A DNA stretch of 64,000 nucleotides from an uncultured virus (IMG/VR IMGVR_UViG_3300034096_001156) (lineage: Duplodnaviria > Heunggongvirae > Uroviricota > Caudoviricetes): IMG/VR virus record IMGVR_UViG_3300034096_001156, one strand, 5' to 3'. The notes beneath the pieces were generated by a model. That model made no database searches, was not told the origin of the DNA, and was given only the letters and a program-made list of their open reading frames with translations. Below are positions 40,266 to 52,700 of the stretch, piece after piece. Every line of letters starts with the position of its first letter. The first letter of the stretch is position 1. Position numbers and translations under genes: made by a program.

Positions 40266-40700
40266 CTATGATCTTACCACTCCCAAAACAGGTACTCGAT
40301 AAATTAGTGCAGGCGGGTATTCATGAATATAGGTCTTCATCACGCCATTTATTGAATCAGCATGGACGTACTCACCATCTCCCAGATAAATCCCCACATG
40401 ACCATTTACTCCTGACTTATAAAACATCAAAATATCTCCTTTACACAAATCACCTTCAACTCTATCTAGTAACCGATCAAGGAATTTGACTAAGAAGTTA
40501 TTCCGGGGAATCCGTTCGTAGTTTTCAATAATGAAATCATGGGGCAAGAATCCGACTTCAATCCCTACGCCAGCGATAAATCCTACACAATCGGTTCCAA
40601 TCCCTTTAAGCGATTGACCATGAAACCAAGGAGTACCGAGCCATTCAAGAGCTTCGGTAACAATTTGATTACCCAAAGAATCGTTTTTTAGTTCGTTCAT
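40266..40700 (-). CDS. NlpC/P60 tail-associated peptidase
   Basis: WLGTPW...DCVG...HVGIY...HA. Confidence 0.88.
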   Translation of the reverse strand: MNELKNDSLGNQIVTEALEWLGTPWFHGQSLKGIGTDCVGFIAGVGIEVGFLPHDFIIENYERIPRNNFLVKFLDRLLDRVEGDLCKGDILMFYKSGVNGHVGIYLGDGEYVHADSINGVMKTYIHEYPPALIYRVPVLGVVRS

Positions 40701-43700
40701 TTTGTGTATTTTCCCGTTCTTTCAATTGATTCAAACTATAACCCATATCATTCCGTGATTCTACAGTCACATTATTGGTGTTATTAATTACCAAAGACTG
40801 ATTAGAGCTATTGTTATTTGAAGTTGTGGAGTAATTAGGCTTACCCCCGACAAATCCCCCATTAGCATAGTTCTTAATAGGAGCATTATTTCTGTAGTCT
40901 AGATATGCTTCTGTTTCTTTAGGGTTAAGAACCAATTCGTCTTCATTAGCTACGATCAAGCGAGGTTTTCGGCCTCCCGACATTGCTCGTTCGCGCTGAA
41001 AAGCTGAAATGATATTTTTCTCTATCGGAACATTGGCATCTCCAACTTTCCCACCATCACTAAATAGGCTGAATCCTGTACCTAGAGAAAAGGCAGAAGC
41101 CGGAGCAGAAGCAAAGCTAGAGGCTCCTATACTACCAAGTGACCCAATCGAACCAAGTCCGCCTAGTCCCCCACTAAAAATCCCTGTTATTCCACTAAGT
41201 AGCCCGTTAAATAAGCCACCTCCGCCACCGCCACCAAAAATAGAAGAAAAGATGTTACCTGCTGGTTTAAAGATACTGTTTAGGGCGTTAGTGAAGAAAT
41301 TGCCTACTGGCCCGATGATTGCATTAAATAGCGACTCAAAAGCTTGAGTAATTGGCTTTGTAAATCCATCGATAGCAGAAGTTAGGGCATCAATAGCAGG
41401 CTTGGTAATACCCTCAACAAATTTTGTCATAATATTTAATCCAAGACTACTAAAAGCTGATCCTATTCCTTTTCCTTCTCTAATATCAGAGAAAAAGCTT
41501 TCAGCTGCGCCACGATTCGGAGAGGCATCTAATGCTACTCGCTCTAATCTTAATTCTGCAAGTTTTTCCCATTCTGATCGGATATTAGCTACAAAATCAG
41601 CGTATTGTGGTAAGTCTTTGTAAGGTTCTAAATAATCCTCTAGTTCCTCTTTTTCTTTTTGTAGGCTAATACGTTCGGCAAGGATAGCAGAATCATCAAA
41701 TAAAGTCGGTCGAGACTGAAATTCTAGTTGCGTTCTTTGGATAGTTAAATCATTTAACCGATCACGAATGCTCCTGACTGTATCTCTGGTTTTTCTAAAT
41801 GATGCTTCTAAGGTAGCTACTCCCTGATTCTTGCCTAATTGTTCAATCGCTTGATCAAGAATTGCTACCTGTTTTTTAGCTAATTCAGCGTTTTTAGCTA
41901 AAGCATCAATACTATCTGTCATTTCTTTGATAAATTCAGGGGGGAGAGCTATACCTTTTCTTTGAAATTCTCCTAAGATTTCTTTTATTGCGTCGCTGTA
42001 TTTTTGTTGAGCCTCAGCATTTAAAAGTAAAGTCCGTCGCTGGTCTTGCAAGGATTCAATCTGAGAGCGATATTGACGAGAGACTTCTGTAGCACTCTTA
42101 TTAATTTCTTCTTGTACTGTCAGATACCCTTTAGAGTTGATAGTCAAATCAGCGACATTCTCGGAAGCATCTCTTAAAGTGCGTTCTAATGCACGGGCAT
42201 CTTCCTCTTGTTGCCGTCTAAATTTCATTGATCTGTCAAGAGCATTGTTTAGATTTTGTTGCTCTTCTAGCCGTCTTGAAAACTCCTCAGCGTTTTGGTT
42301 GGCTGTTTCAGCGTTGCGAATTTGATCAGCCGCTGCGCCAAGATTACCTGTAGGAAGATCAGGAACGGGCGGTAAATTAGGACTCTGGAAGTTAATCGGA
42401 TTGTCTTTAGGAACCGGTGGTAAATCGGCATCCCAGAAGTTATCTTGATTTTGATTAGGTAAAGTCGGTAATTGGGCTATAGGTGGGGGACTACTAAATT
42501 CTGGACCACCTTTTCCTTCTTTTGTTTCTTCTTTTGTTAAAACACGGGGAGGTTGTAAAACAGGAACAGAAGTGGGCAAGGGGACAGGAGAAGGGTTAGG
42601 GGTGGAGTCTTTAATGGATTGGCTAATTGCATTAGTAGCATTAGTTATTATTGTTCGATTATTTAGTTGATTGCCGTTAATGTTTGCATAAGCAGTTACA
42701 ATATATTCTTTCCCATTAATGTTTACCAGTCCAACGTTACCAATAACTTTAGAGTTATTTCCAATTTTTCCGCCGATTTCATTATTGTACTTAAAATTTC
42801 TTGTTTGCCTCAGAGATTGTTCAGCTAATTGACTTGCAGGATTTTGATCTTTAATTAAAGACTGCATAGCTAACGTTACGTCTTGTGCTGTTGAAATGTT
42901 TGGAGTTCCACTGCCTGGTATATTTAAATACCTAGAAATAGTAGTGTTTTTATAAACTTCTTTTTTGGCTAATTCTGTAGCTCTGGTTAGCCCACCTAGC
43001 CGATCAATTAAAACATTAGTTGCCGTATTATCTGACTTTTCCAGCATTAACTGTATTAACTGTTCAACTGTTCTAACTTGATTGGCTTTTAATTGTCCGT
43101 GTGGATCAACCAAAGGCGATTTTATGGCGATAGCATCTTTTAAGGAAAGTTTTCCGCTTGCTATTTCTTTGGCAATCAAATCAGCAATAATAACTTTAAT
43201 TGTACTAGCTGGCGACGCTGGGGGTGTTTGAGCATTTTTAGAATATACAGTTTTTCCGCCAACTTCTTGAACTAAAACAGATTGAATATTTTTTGGTAAT
43301 CTGTTGGTGATTTGTTGCTGAACTGATGGAGAAGGGTTAGGGGTAGAAATTGATGGAGTGGGTGAACCGCCTTGATTTCTTCCGAATTGCCGAAGAAATT
43401 CCTGGTAATACTGCATAACGATCGCCACATCTTTAACAGTACCCTTGGCTAATTGACCATTTCTAACATTTCCTGGTCCCGCTTTGTAAGCTGATAAGGC
43501 TAACTCAATATTGCCGTTAAATCGCTCAAGCATTTTAGCAAGATAAGTTGCGCCGCCAATTAGATTTTCAGTAGGATTAAGGGGATTTACTCCTAACTCT
43601 TTGGCAGTGTCAGGCATTAATTGGCTAAGTCCCATTGCACCTGCCGAACTCTCATGTATCTGAGTAGGATGATTGGGATCCATGTGATGGAAACTTGATT

Positions 43701-46700
43701 CTTTTTTAATTAAAGCGGCAAAAAGAAGCGGATCAATGCCAACTTGTCTAGCCGCTCCTTCAATCAAAGAAGCAAAAGGAACATTGGGCATCCCTCGGCG
43801 CTGAGTATTCCCCGGAGTATTTACCCGCGCATTTTTAATAGAGGTTAAATCAGCGATCGAGTCGAGGTGCAAGAATTTCAGGAGTTCACCAGTGGGTAAA
43901 GTCAGTTCCACGGTATTGCCGCCACTTTCAGTAAAAAAGCTTCGTGCGTTAGACGCTGCCCCGCGAAATTCCAGAGGGGTTCCTTGTGGGAATCCAAAAT
44001 CAAACGCTAAGTGATTTTCAGAAGCTCCCGGCACGGGTCTTCGGCGCGGACCATAGCCGCTAGTAATTTTGTCGAGTTGCTCACTTAAAGGCTTGCCATC
44101 CACATAGACTTGGGAGAAAAATTCCATTAAGCGAGCCTTGCTCATGACATTTCCTTTGGCATCTTGTCCCGCTAAATGCAGGTGAGGACCGTTGCCGATT
44201 CCTGTCCTACCTATTTTTCCTAAAGCGAATCGCCCCGACGCTACAGGAGCGGGGATGAAATTACTAGGTGCTGGTAGTATCAAACCTTCCTTAGCTTCTC
44301 TAATTGCCTCCGCAGTTTCTTCTATACTTTTTACTAAGTCTTCTCCAGAAGTCTTGATATTTTTGGGAATAGCTATTAACTCAGAATTGATTAATTTAAT
44401 TGGCTCTGGAAGTGTATTGAGATTTGTGACAATATCCTTGATTGATTGGGGAATAAAGCCTAATTCTTTATTGGTTTGTCGGATTAAATCAGCTAGAGTA
44501 CGATTGAGGTCTTCCTGAGTCCGTTTAATATCTTCAATCGTTCTTAGTCTATTTCTTTCAGCCTCTTGCTGTTGCTCTTGTAAGTTACGAATATTTCTTA
44601 GAGTAGAGATATAGGAAGTTTCTATCTCCTCGGTTCGAGATTGGAAGGTGCGTCCGCGACTGGCAAGGTCAGCTTGTCCCTGCACAAATTCTAGGAAAAT
44701 GTCACCTAATTCTTTGCCAGCGTCGCTTGTACCGGGTATCAATAACCGATTTTTAACTTGCTGTACCCTGATTCTATCAGTCGTATCCAGTAACTGATTT
44801 TGGGCATTTAAGAGGTTCTTATCGAGTTCTCTGACTAAATCACTGTAACTTTCAGATAGGGAGCGATTCTCTTTAAAAGCTGACAGTTGAGCGTCTTCAA
44901 TCTGTCTTCTGTAATCCTCAATCTGACGATTAAAGTCGATTATCTGACGGTCAAGGTTGCGGTAGTAGTTTTGTATTTGCTCTTGCTGATCTCTTAAAGA
45001 TAGTTCGGTTTCAGCTATTTGCTGTGTGATATTTGCAATAGCTGTTTTTACTGCTAAAGGATCATCTACGTTTAATACTAATTTTTCTTGCTCTAAGGCT
45101 AATTGATTATAAAGAGCCGCCAAGTTTATCTTGGTTTGCTCTAGTCCGTAGCTAATATTTTGACTAGAGGAGGTTTTATTGGCTAGATTAGCGAGTTGTT
45201 CTGCTTTAACAATTTCTCCACTAGCCTGTTTTTCTTGTATTTGTCTTTTCTTTCTTTCGACAATAATCTCTCGACTAATTTGCTGAATTTCTTTCTCAGT
45301 GTTTAAAATATCTCGTCGAGCAGTTGCGTATTCTTTAGCCTGATTTAAAATAGCTCTTAAAGCAGCGTTATCTTTTAGGTCAGATTCATACTGATCCATT
45401 ATTTGCTGAATAGCATCAGGAGAAAGTAAATTTTCAGCAATGGCTTCACCAAAGCTCGCTACATTTAGCTGTTCTAAGTCTTCTTTAAAGTAAGTGCTTA
45501 AAACTTTATTGGCAGACTTAGATAGCCTTTCGTTTAAAGTATTAGAGATAGAGTTAGCTGAATTACCTAAAGTGGCGATACGCTCTTTAGCAGTCTGTAA
45601 GCTTTCTTCTTGAACTTTAACATTAAACTGAAATTCATTAATTTTCCCTGATGCAAATTGTTGATTTAATCCAATTGAACGACTTAAACTATTTCCTTCA
45701 TTAGCAAAATTGGCATTAGCTCTTGTTCTTATAGCAAGATCAAAGGCAACTTGTAATTTTCTATATTCTTTTTCTTGGTCTTTCAAGACTTGTAGATAAT
45801 CTTGTTCCGCTTTTTTTAGTTGACCAATTATAGTCAAGAGGTCTATTTTACGTTGTTTGTAAGCAATATCGGTTATATCTTTATTCTTAAAGCTTTGCTC
45901 TAACGATGCTAACGCTATCTCATATTGTTGAAGGTCAGCAGTAATTCTTGACCCAACAGGACCTAACTTTTTATTGATTAGTTCCTGTTCTTGCTTCATT
46001 AAATCCTGCTCTCGCTGGTTAAATTTAGATACAGATCGGTCGTTTCCTTTTGCGCTTGCAATTGTTCTTTCTGCTCTGACTAAAGCTAAATTATTTCTGA
46101 TTTCTTGTAATTCAGATGAAAATTGCTTACTACCTGAAAAATTAGATAAAGTTTTTTGATATTCTTTAAGATTCCCAACTCCAGTAGCCAGAGATTTATC
46201 AATGTTTTCTAGTCCTTGTCGTAATTCTAATAGTGACATAAGCCATTTAGAATTATAAACAATCCCTAGTGTTATAACATTAAAAAACTTTTCTCCTCCA
46301 GACAATTCCATGTCAGGCAAAAAGCTTGTTAAGCCTTTGCGATTACTGTTATCGGTTTTGTTTTGCCAAGCATCAAGAGCTTTTTTAGACTCTTCTAGGG
46401 TTCTTACAGCTTGTTTTAGTTCTTCGCTACCAGCATTTAATGCGTTATAAACAAATTGAATACCAGTTATCACCGCAGTAGGAATAATCAATGCTTTAAT
46501 TAATCCTATTCCTGCTAAAGTAGCAAGGTTTATAGATACTTTTAATCTACCCATGGCTGTAGCTGTAGATAGAGATGCTACTCCGGCAGTTTGTAAGGAT
46601 GCACTCATAGCAGCACTGGCAACGGCTCCTAACCGACCAGCTGCCGCAAATTGCATGACTGATTTTCCTAAGAATCCCATGACTGACAGTAACCCTGCGG

Positions 46701-49700
46701 CTCCCACTGATGCCACAGTCCCTAGATTGTCATTTAAGGTACTTAAGCCGGCATTTAATGCCTGTAAAGCAGGGTAAGCGACTACTCCAATTTTTTCCCC
46801 TAACTGCATTTGAAGCTGTTCGGTATTGTTCTGGAATCGAGAGATTTCCGATTGTAAAGTTCCGGTAGAAAGAGAAAGACCTCCAGCACTCATCCGTTTA
46901 TATTCAGCCGCTAGTCGAGGTAAAACATCTTGTACCAAGAGATTGCCTGCTGATGCTTGTTGATAAAATTGAGCAGTGGTTAAGCCCATTGATCGGGCGG
47001 CTACATTTAAAGCGTCGTTTAATCCTCCTGACTCGCTCAATTGCTGCGTGAATTCTTCAACGGAAACAACAGTTCTAGAGGCCATTTGCCCAATAGCTCT
47101 AAAAGATTCAGCTTGCTGTTGGGTATTGGTTTGTCGCGCCGATAATGCTTCTTGGAATCCTTCAAAAATATTATCTGCCTGCGCTTGTAGTGGAGAATCA
47201 GTAGTAAGTAATTTGAATTTGCTATAAGCAATAGCGGATTCTTTAAAGGATATTCCTAATCTGTCAGCCCTTGCCACTAAAGCGTCAAGAGATTGTTCTA
47301 CATTGCCTACACCGGCAAGATTTAAATTTAATTTAATTCTTTGTAACTCAGTAAAAGCAAGTAAAGAATCAGTAACAGCTTGTTGAATCCTAAAAGGAAT
47401 ATCGTCAATAGCAAAAAATAGAGGTCGTAATAAAAATTCTGCTCCTTTGAAAAGAGCAAATCCCCCAATTGCCGCTATAGCACCTTTACGAAGATTAACC
47501 ATACCTCCTGTAGCGGCATTAAGTTCTTGGTCGAGAGTTCTGAGTGCTTTGCCACCAACCGAGAGGAAATTAATAAATCCGTCCGCTTGGGCAATAACAG
47601 CTTTTAGTCCGCTCACAATGCCGTCTGTAAAACCACTAGAAACGCCCGCTTTTTCAATACTATCGAGAGCGTTGAAAATGTTGTCTCGTTTTTTATTCCA
47701 GTCGTCAAGAATTTCTTCTCTTGTTGTTTTTGGACGAGCGATGACGGTAGCTCGCTTCATCACTTGAAAAGCGCGGGGAGAAGCGAAAATTCCCGTGTTC
47801 ATCGAGCCTTGAATCTCGTTGATAGCCGCTAGGCGTTCCCCTCGGCCTAGCCCCATTTCTTTAACAGCTTGAAGGATCGCTTTTCGGGCTTCTTTTGACC
47901 TCATGCCGACAAAGAAAGTAAAATCGCTTACTTCTTTATCAAATTGAGTCTCTAGCCTTAATCCGAAGCGAATATGACGCGCCCCTAACGCTAATCCTTC
48001 ATAAAAAAACCGCATTGCTTTCATCGCTTTTTTAGATGGCGAAGCATTCCCCAATCCTTTATTTGTTGCGTCGATAATTCCAATCGCAACATCTAAAGCG
48101 TATTTTTCGCTATTATTATTTTGTAATCCAATATTTAACCCCTTGATATAATTTAACCCAGACTGTCTGCCCTCACTGGAAAATATCGAACTAATCGCTT
48201 CAAGGTTTTTTGCGAATACTGGAACGCCAGCACTTAAAGAAGATGCAATAACTTCAATGAGTTTGCGTCCATAAATACTGTACTTTTCTTCTATATCGCC
48301 TAAATTAATACCTAAAAAATCAGACGGATCAATTTTGCCAGTAGTTTGAACCTCAAGGTATTCAAGTATCTCATTAGGTCTGCGATTGTATTGGTCTGGT
48401 GTAAAGCTAGACAAAGGATTTGTTATTATCTCGCTTGGATTTCTCCAAAAAGCACCAGAGTCACCTCTAGTAAATGTTGATCGGTTGGCAATTTTTGCTA
48501 TATCGAGCATTATTTCAGCATCGCCATAGTAATCATTTCCTTTGATCGGTTCGGAAAAAGAGTTAATTGCGCTATAAGCAACAGGTTCTTTGAAAACTTG
48601 TTTTTCAAAATCAAATCTGTCTCTTCTTAAACTCCATTGATTAAAGGTAGGGTCTATTCCTTGTGTTAAAATAGCTTGGAGATTTGCAAAAGCTGTTTTA
48701 TGTCCAGCGTAAAAATTAGATAATTGCTTAAGTCTAATACTAGCAGAAGCTAACGCATTTTCCGATGGCAAGCTTGATTCAATTAATCGTGTAGGGGTAG
48801 GATAAGAAATAATATCATTTTTTGGGGGTTCAACAGGAGTAAAAGTTTTTGATAGAGGGAATTTGCTTAATTTTTTTTCTAGTAGCCCGTCAATTGGTTT
48901 ACCTTCCCACCCCATCATTTTCGCTTCAACAGCTAAATCTTTTAAGTTAGGAATATTTACATCAAAATAAGATTGAATAATTTTTTCAATATCGCCAAGT
49001 GATAAACCTGATTCAAATCCTTTAACAACTTCATTAGCTAAACTCCGAAAATCAAAAGAAGAAATTCCTTTTTCTATTCCAATTGCCACACCTTTAATTA
49101 GGTTTTCTCCCGCTTCTTCCCCCTTCCAAGATGGTGAAGCATTTCCCAGCCCTTTATTTGTTGCATCAACTATTTTAAGAGCGTTTTGATAGGCGATGTC
49201 GCTTGCGCTAGTATCTTTTAATCCTTTAGCTAAACCTTTGTTGAGATTTTTCCCTGACTCCAAACCACCTTTAGCAAGAATTTGTGTCTGTAAATTATCA
49301 ACTGACTGTAAAAAGCCACTTAATGATTTATTAATATTTGTTGTGTTAAATTCAGGATTAGCTCTTAACGCTGTAATTCCCTTTTTAACTTTTTCTAATT
49401 GAAAATAAAGACGTTCTAAAGATTGGATATCTTTAGTAGTATTAATTTCTTGACCAATGTTTTTTATGCCAATGCCAATTCTCTTAGTAAAATCAGCAGG
49501 AATTTCTGTAGATGCAATCTGGAATCCACTAAGTTCTTTTTTTCCTAATTTTGTTCTATCACTTGCTTTTGTTGTTAGTAAAAGTCGAGTTAGTTGATCA
49601 GGGTTAAATTTTTCAGTCAACGATTTCCATATTTCCTCTTTTCTGGCTCCTGCTCCTGATGCTGGTACGTCAATTCCCTGATTTCTGGCCAATCCTCGTA

Positions 49701-52700
49701 ATTGTTTTACCGTGTAATATTCTGGGTTAATTGCCTTGATGTTAGCTGGAATAGGATTACTTACTGGGAAGACTCTCTCATCGAAATATGGAGTTATTTC
49801 AGTGGTAATCAAAGAATCAGCTTTATTCTTTGCCGCTTTTAATGCTTTCTGGGTTTTACCCTCAATTTTTTGCTGTTCTTCTTTGCTAATTAATTTAGGG
49901 ACATTACTGGTAGCCGCTCCCAAGAGTTTCTTAACACCTTCACCGGCCATTAACGCCGATCCAGCAACTGCTCCCCCCTGCGATAGGACGCTGATAGTGC
50001 CGTTAGTTATTTCGGTTACAAGCTGCACTACTGCTTCCGTTAGCTGTTGCCCCACTCCAAACGGCAAGCCGCTAAAAGCTTGAGTCATTTGTGTGGCTAC
50101 GGCTTGGATCATTTCCCGACCGCCAGCACTCATCGCCCCTGCAAGAATATCTCGCATAGTATTGACAACCGTGGCATCTAGCCCCATCGGGAGAGCGTGG
50201 AGAGCGGCGGCTCCCATAGCAGCCGTTCCCCCTACCTGAATAGCTTTTTTACCTATTGCAGCACCAGGTAAAGCCATTACTGGACGCTCGATCGCTTTTA
50301 AGACCGCATAAACAACCTGGCCAAATTTAATAACGTCAAGAGATGTGTCTCGGAAAGCTTTTGAAAGTAGAAGGCTTGCTGTTTTTAATTCTCTTACAAG
50401 AGTTAATTGTAGTAATTCTGCAAAATCTTCATTCCCGCTAAGGTGCTGAATTTCTCCCGATTTATCAGGAGTACCAAGTCGTGAAGCTAAAACATCTTCT
50501 AATTTTGATTTAGCTGTAGCAGCTAAATCATTAAGTTTTTGTAGTTGATTATCTAGAATTGGTTGTTCTTTTTTTTGTTCGGGAGTATCTATTTTTGCGA
50601 AAACAGTTTCTTTAGTAGGCAAAGAAAAATCACCAACGATTTGCTTTAATAAAGTTGGTGTATATGAACCTAATGGAATTGCTTCTCCTGTTACTACAGG
50701 GGAAAGAAGAGTTTCATTAATTTCTCTTTTCTGAGGGATAATGGCTGATTTTTGTCTGGCATTAGAATCAGAAACTTGAGTAGCAAAAGGTTTTGAGTAG
50801 CCAGATTGAACTGCGCCTATTATTTTAAAAGGATCCATCAATCCGTAATAGCTAGAATCAATGATTGCTCGCTGAATAGTAGTAATTTTATCGTTAAATT
50901 TATCACTGCTAGTCGGATCAACCTTTGCATTTCCGAGATCAATTGAAGTAATTCCACCTTGTGCAAAAAATACATTCCCTGCAGCTAAATCATTATGAAC
51001 AACACCCATTTCCTGTAAGGATGCTCCAAGTTGTCCTACTTGTCGATATAGAATAGATGCGGCCTTATTAAAACGATTGTGTTCTTTTTTGGCAGACGAT
51101 TGTAATTCTTTGGTTAATACTTTTAGCTCTTTGATTTTAGTCGCATCTTTGTTGTCTATGGCTAACTCTAATGCTTTATTAGCTTCCTGTATTTTTTGCT
51201 GAATTTCTTTGTAAGGACGTGCAATTCGATCAAGTATTTCTTTTAAAGGACGACCTTGTGTTCTTTCAGTAATTAAAGCCTGACCTGGAACTGCTTTGTA
51301 CAATAAAGGAGACAAACGACCTTGTAATTTCTCATAAGCCTTAATTTCATCTTCTGACGCAATTTTTGTCGCTCCTATTGGGTCAAGATCAGTTTTATAA
51401 ACAAGATTATCTGAAAGAAGAGCAACGGCTCCAGACATTCCTGCACCAATTTTTTTGATTTCAGAAATACCAGGAAGAATTTCTTTACCTACGGCGTTAA
51501 GAAGTTTGTTGTAAGCTAAAATAGCTGATTGCTTTTTCAGAAAAATTTCAGGAACAGTAACCTGTAATTGTCTTACTTCTTCTTCTTTTGGTAGTGTTGA
51601 TGTGTCAAGGCGTGTATTTAGAAAACTTGTTAATTCTCCAGAAAACTCATCAACTTCAAAAGTTTTTATACTGTCTTTGGTTTTTTGCGATAGTTTTCCT
51701 CCTGTCTTAATAAATTCATCAGCAACATCAGCTATTTTTTTGTATGCTTCAACAATTTTTTTTGTGTAAGTTTGCCCAAACGTACTTTCTTCAGAAGTAA
51801 ACCATGGTATTGTTTCGGTTCTAATCTTTTCTGTCCGTCTTTTAACTTCGTTAGGCTCTAAATTTCCGGCATACCAGCTAGGAATATTAGCAAGTTTTCC
51901 TGATTTAAATTCTAATAATGCGCTGTTTATACTTTTTGCTTCTTGTTGATACTTTTGATACCCGGCAAAATCTTGAGGATTTTCTGGTAAATTTGCACCC
52001 CCTTGTCTAAATTTTTTAGCTATAAATGGAATTAAAGGTTCCATTAAACTTTTTAAAGCTTGTGACACAGGCTGTAATTCTTTTGTATCAAAAGAAGATA
52101 TAAGACGAAGCCCTTCAAAAAACTTTGCAATAAATCCTTCTACGCTTACGTTAGGACTGCCACTGCTGTATTCTTGCAAGAATCTATGATAAGGTAGAGT
52201 CTTATCAAATTCCCCTGTTTCTTTAAGTGACTTTAATTGTAGAGTCGATCCCAATACTTCATATAGCTTATCGCCGGCATGAACAACTTTTGATTGTTGA
52301 CCTGGGGTCATATCTGGCTGTTCAGCATTAATAGTCTTATAAAATAAATCTAGAAAAGGTTGTTCTTTAAATAAATGTTTTTGGTGGTGATTTGATAGCC
52401 CAAAAGGAGTATTACTTTCAATCGAGTGGAATTGGTTAGTATTGACTCCAATTCCTAATAACTTGGCAAAACCGAGAGGGTCGCCACTCAGTAATGCTGC
52501 ATTAAATCCTTTAGGTGTATTTTGAGTAAAATTAAGAAAGGGATAAGCCATAGCTAATCCGCGTGGCTGCATTCCCAAATATGCTGCTGTTTGAGCATAC
52601 TGAAGGTTATCTGCTCCTCCTAAAGAATAGCTAACAACACTGCCTTTTTTACCCTGTTCTTCAGCTAATCTGGTATTGGCTATTGCTTGCGCTGCGGCCG

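Noticed and set aside
42610..43310. Antibiotic resistance gene
   Set aside because: Domain is embedded in a virion protein beside murein hydrolases, with no signal peptide
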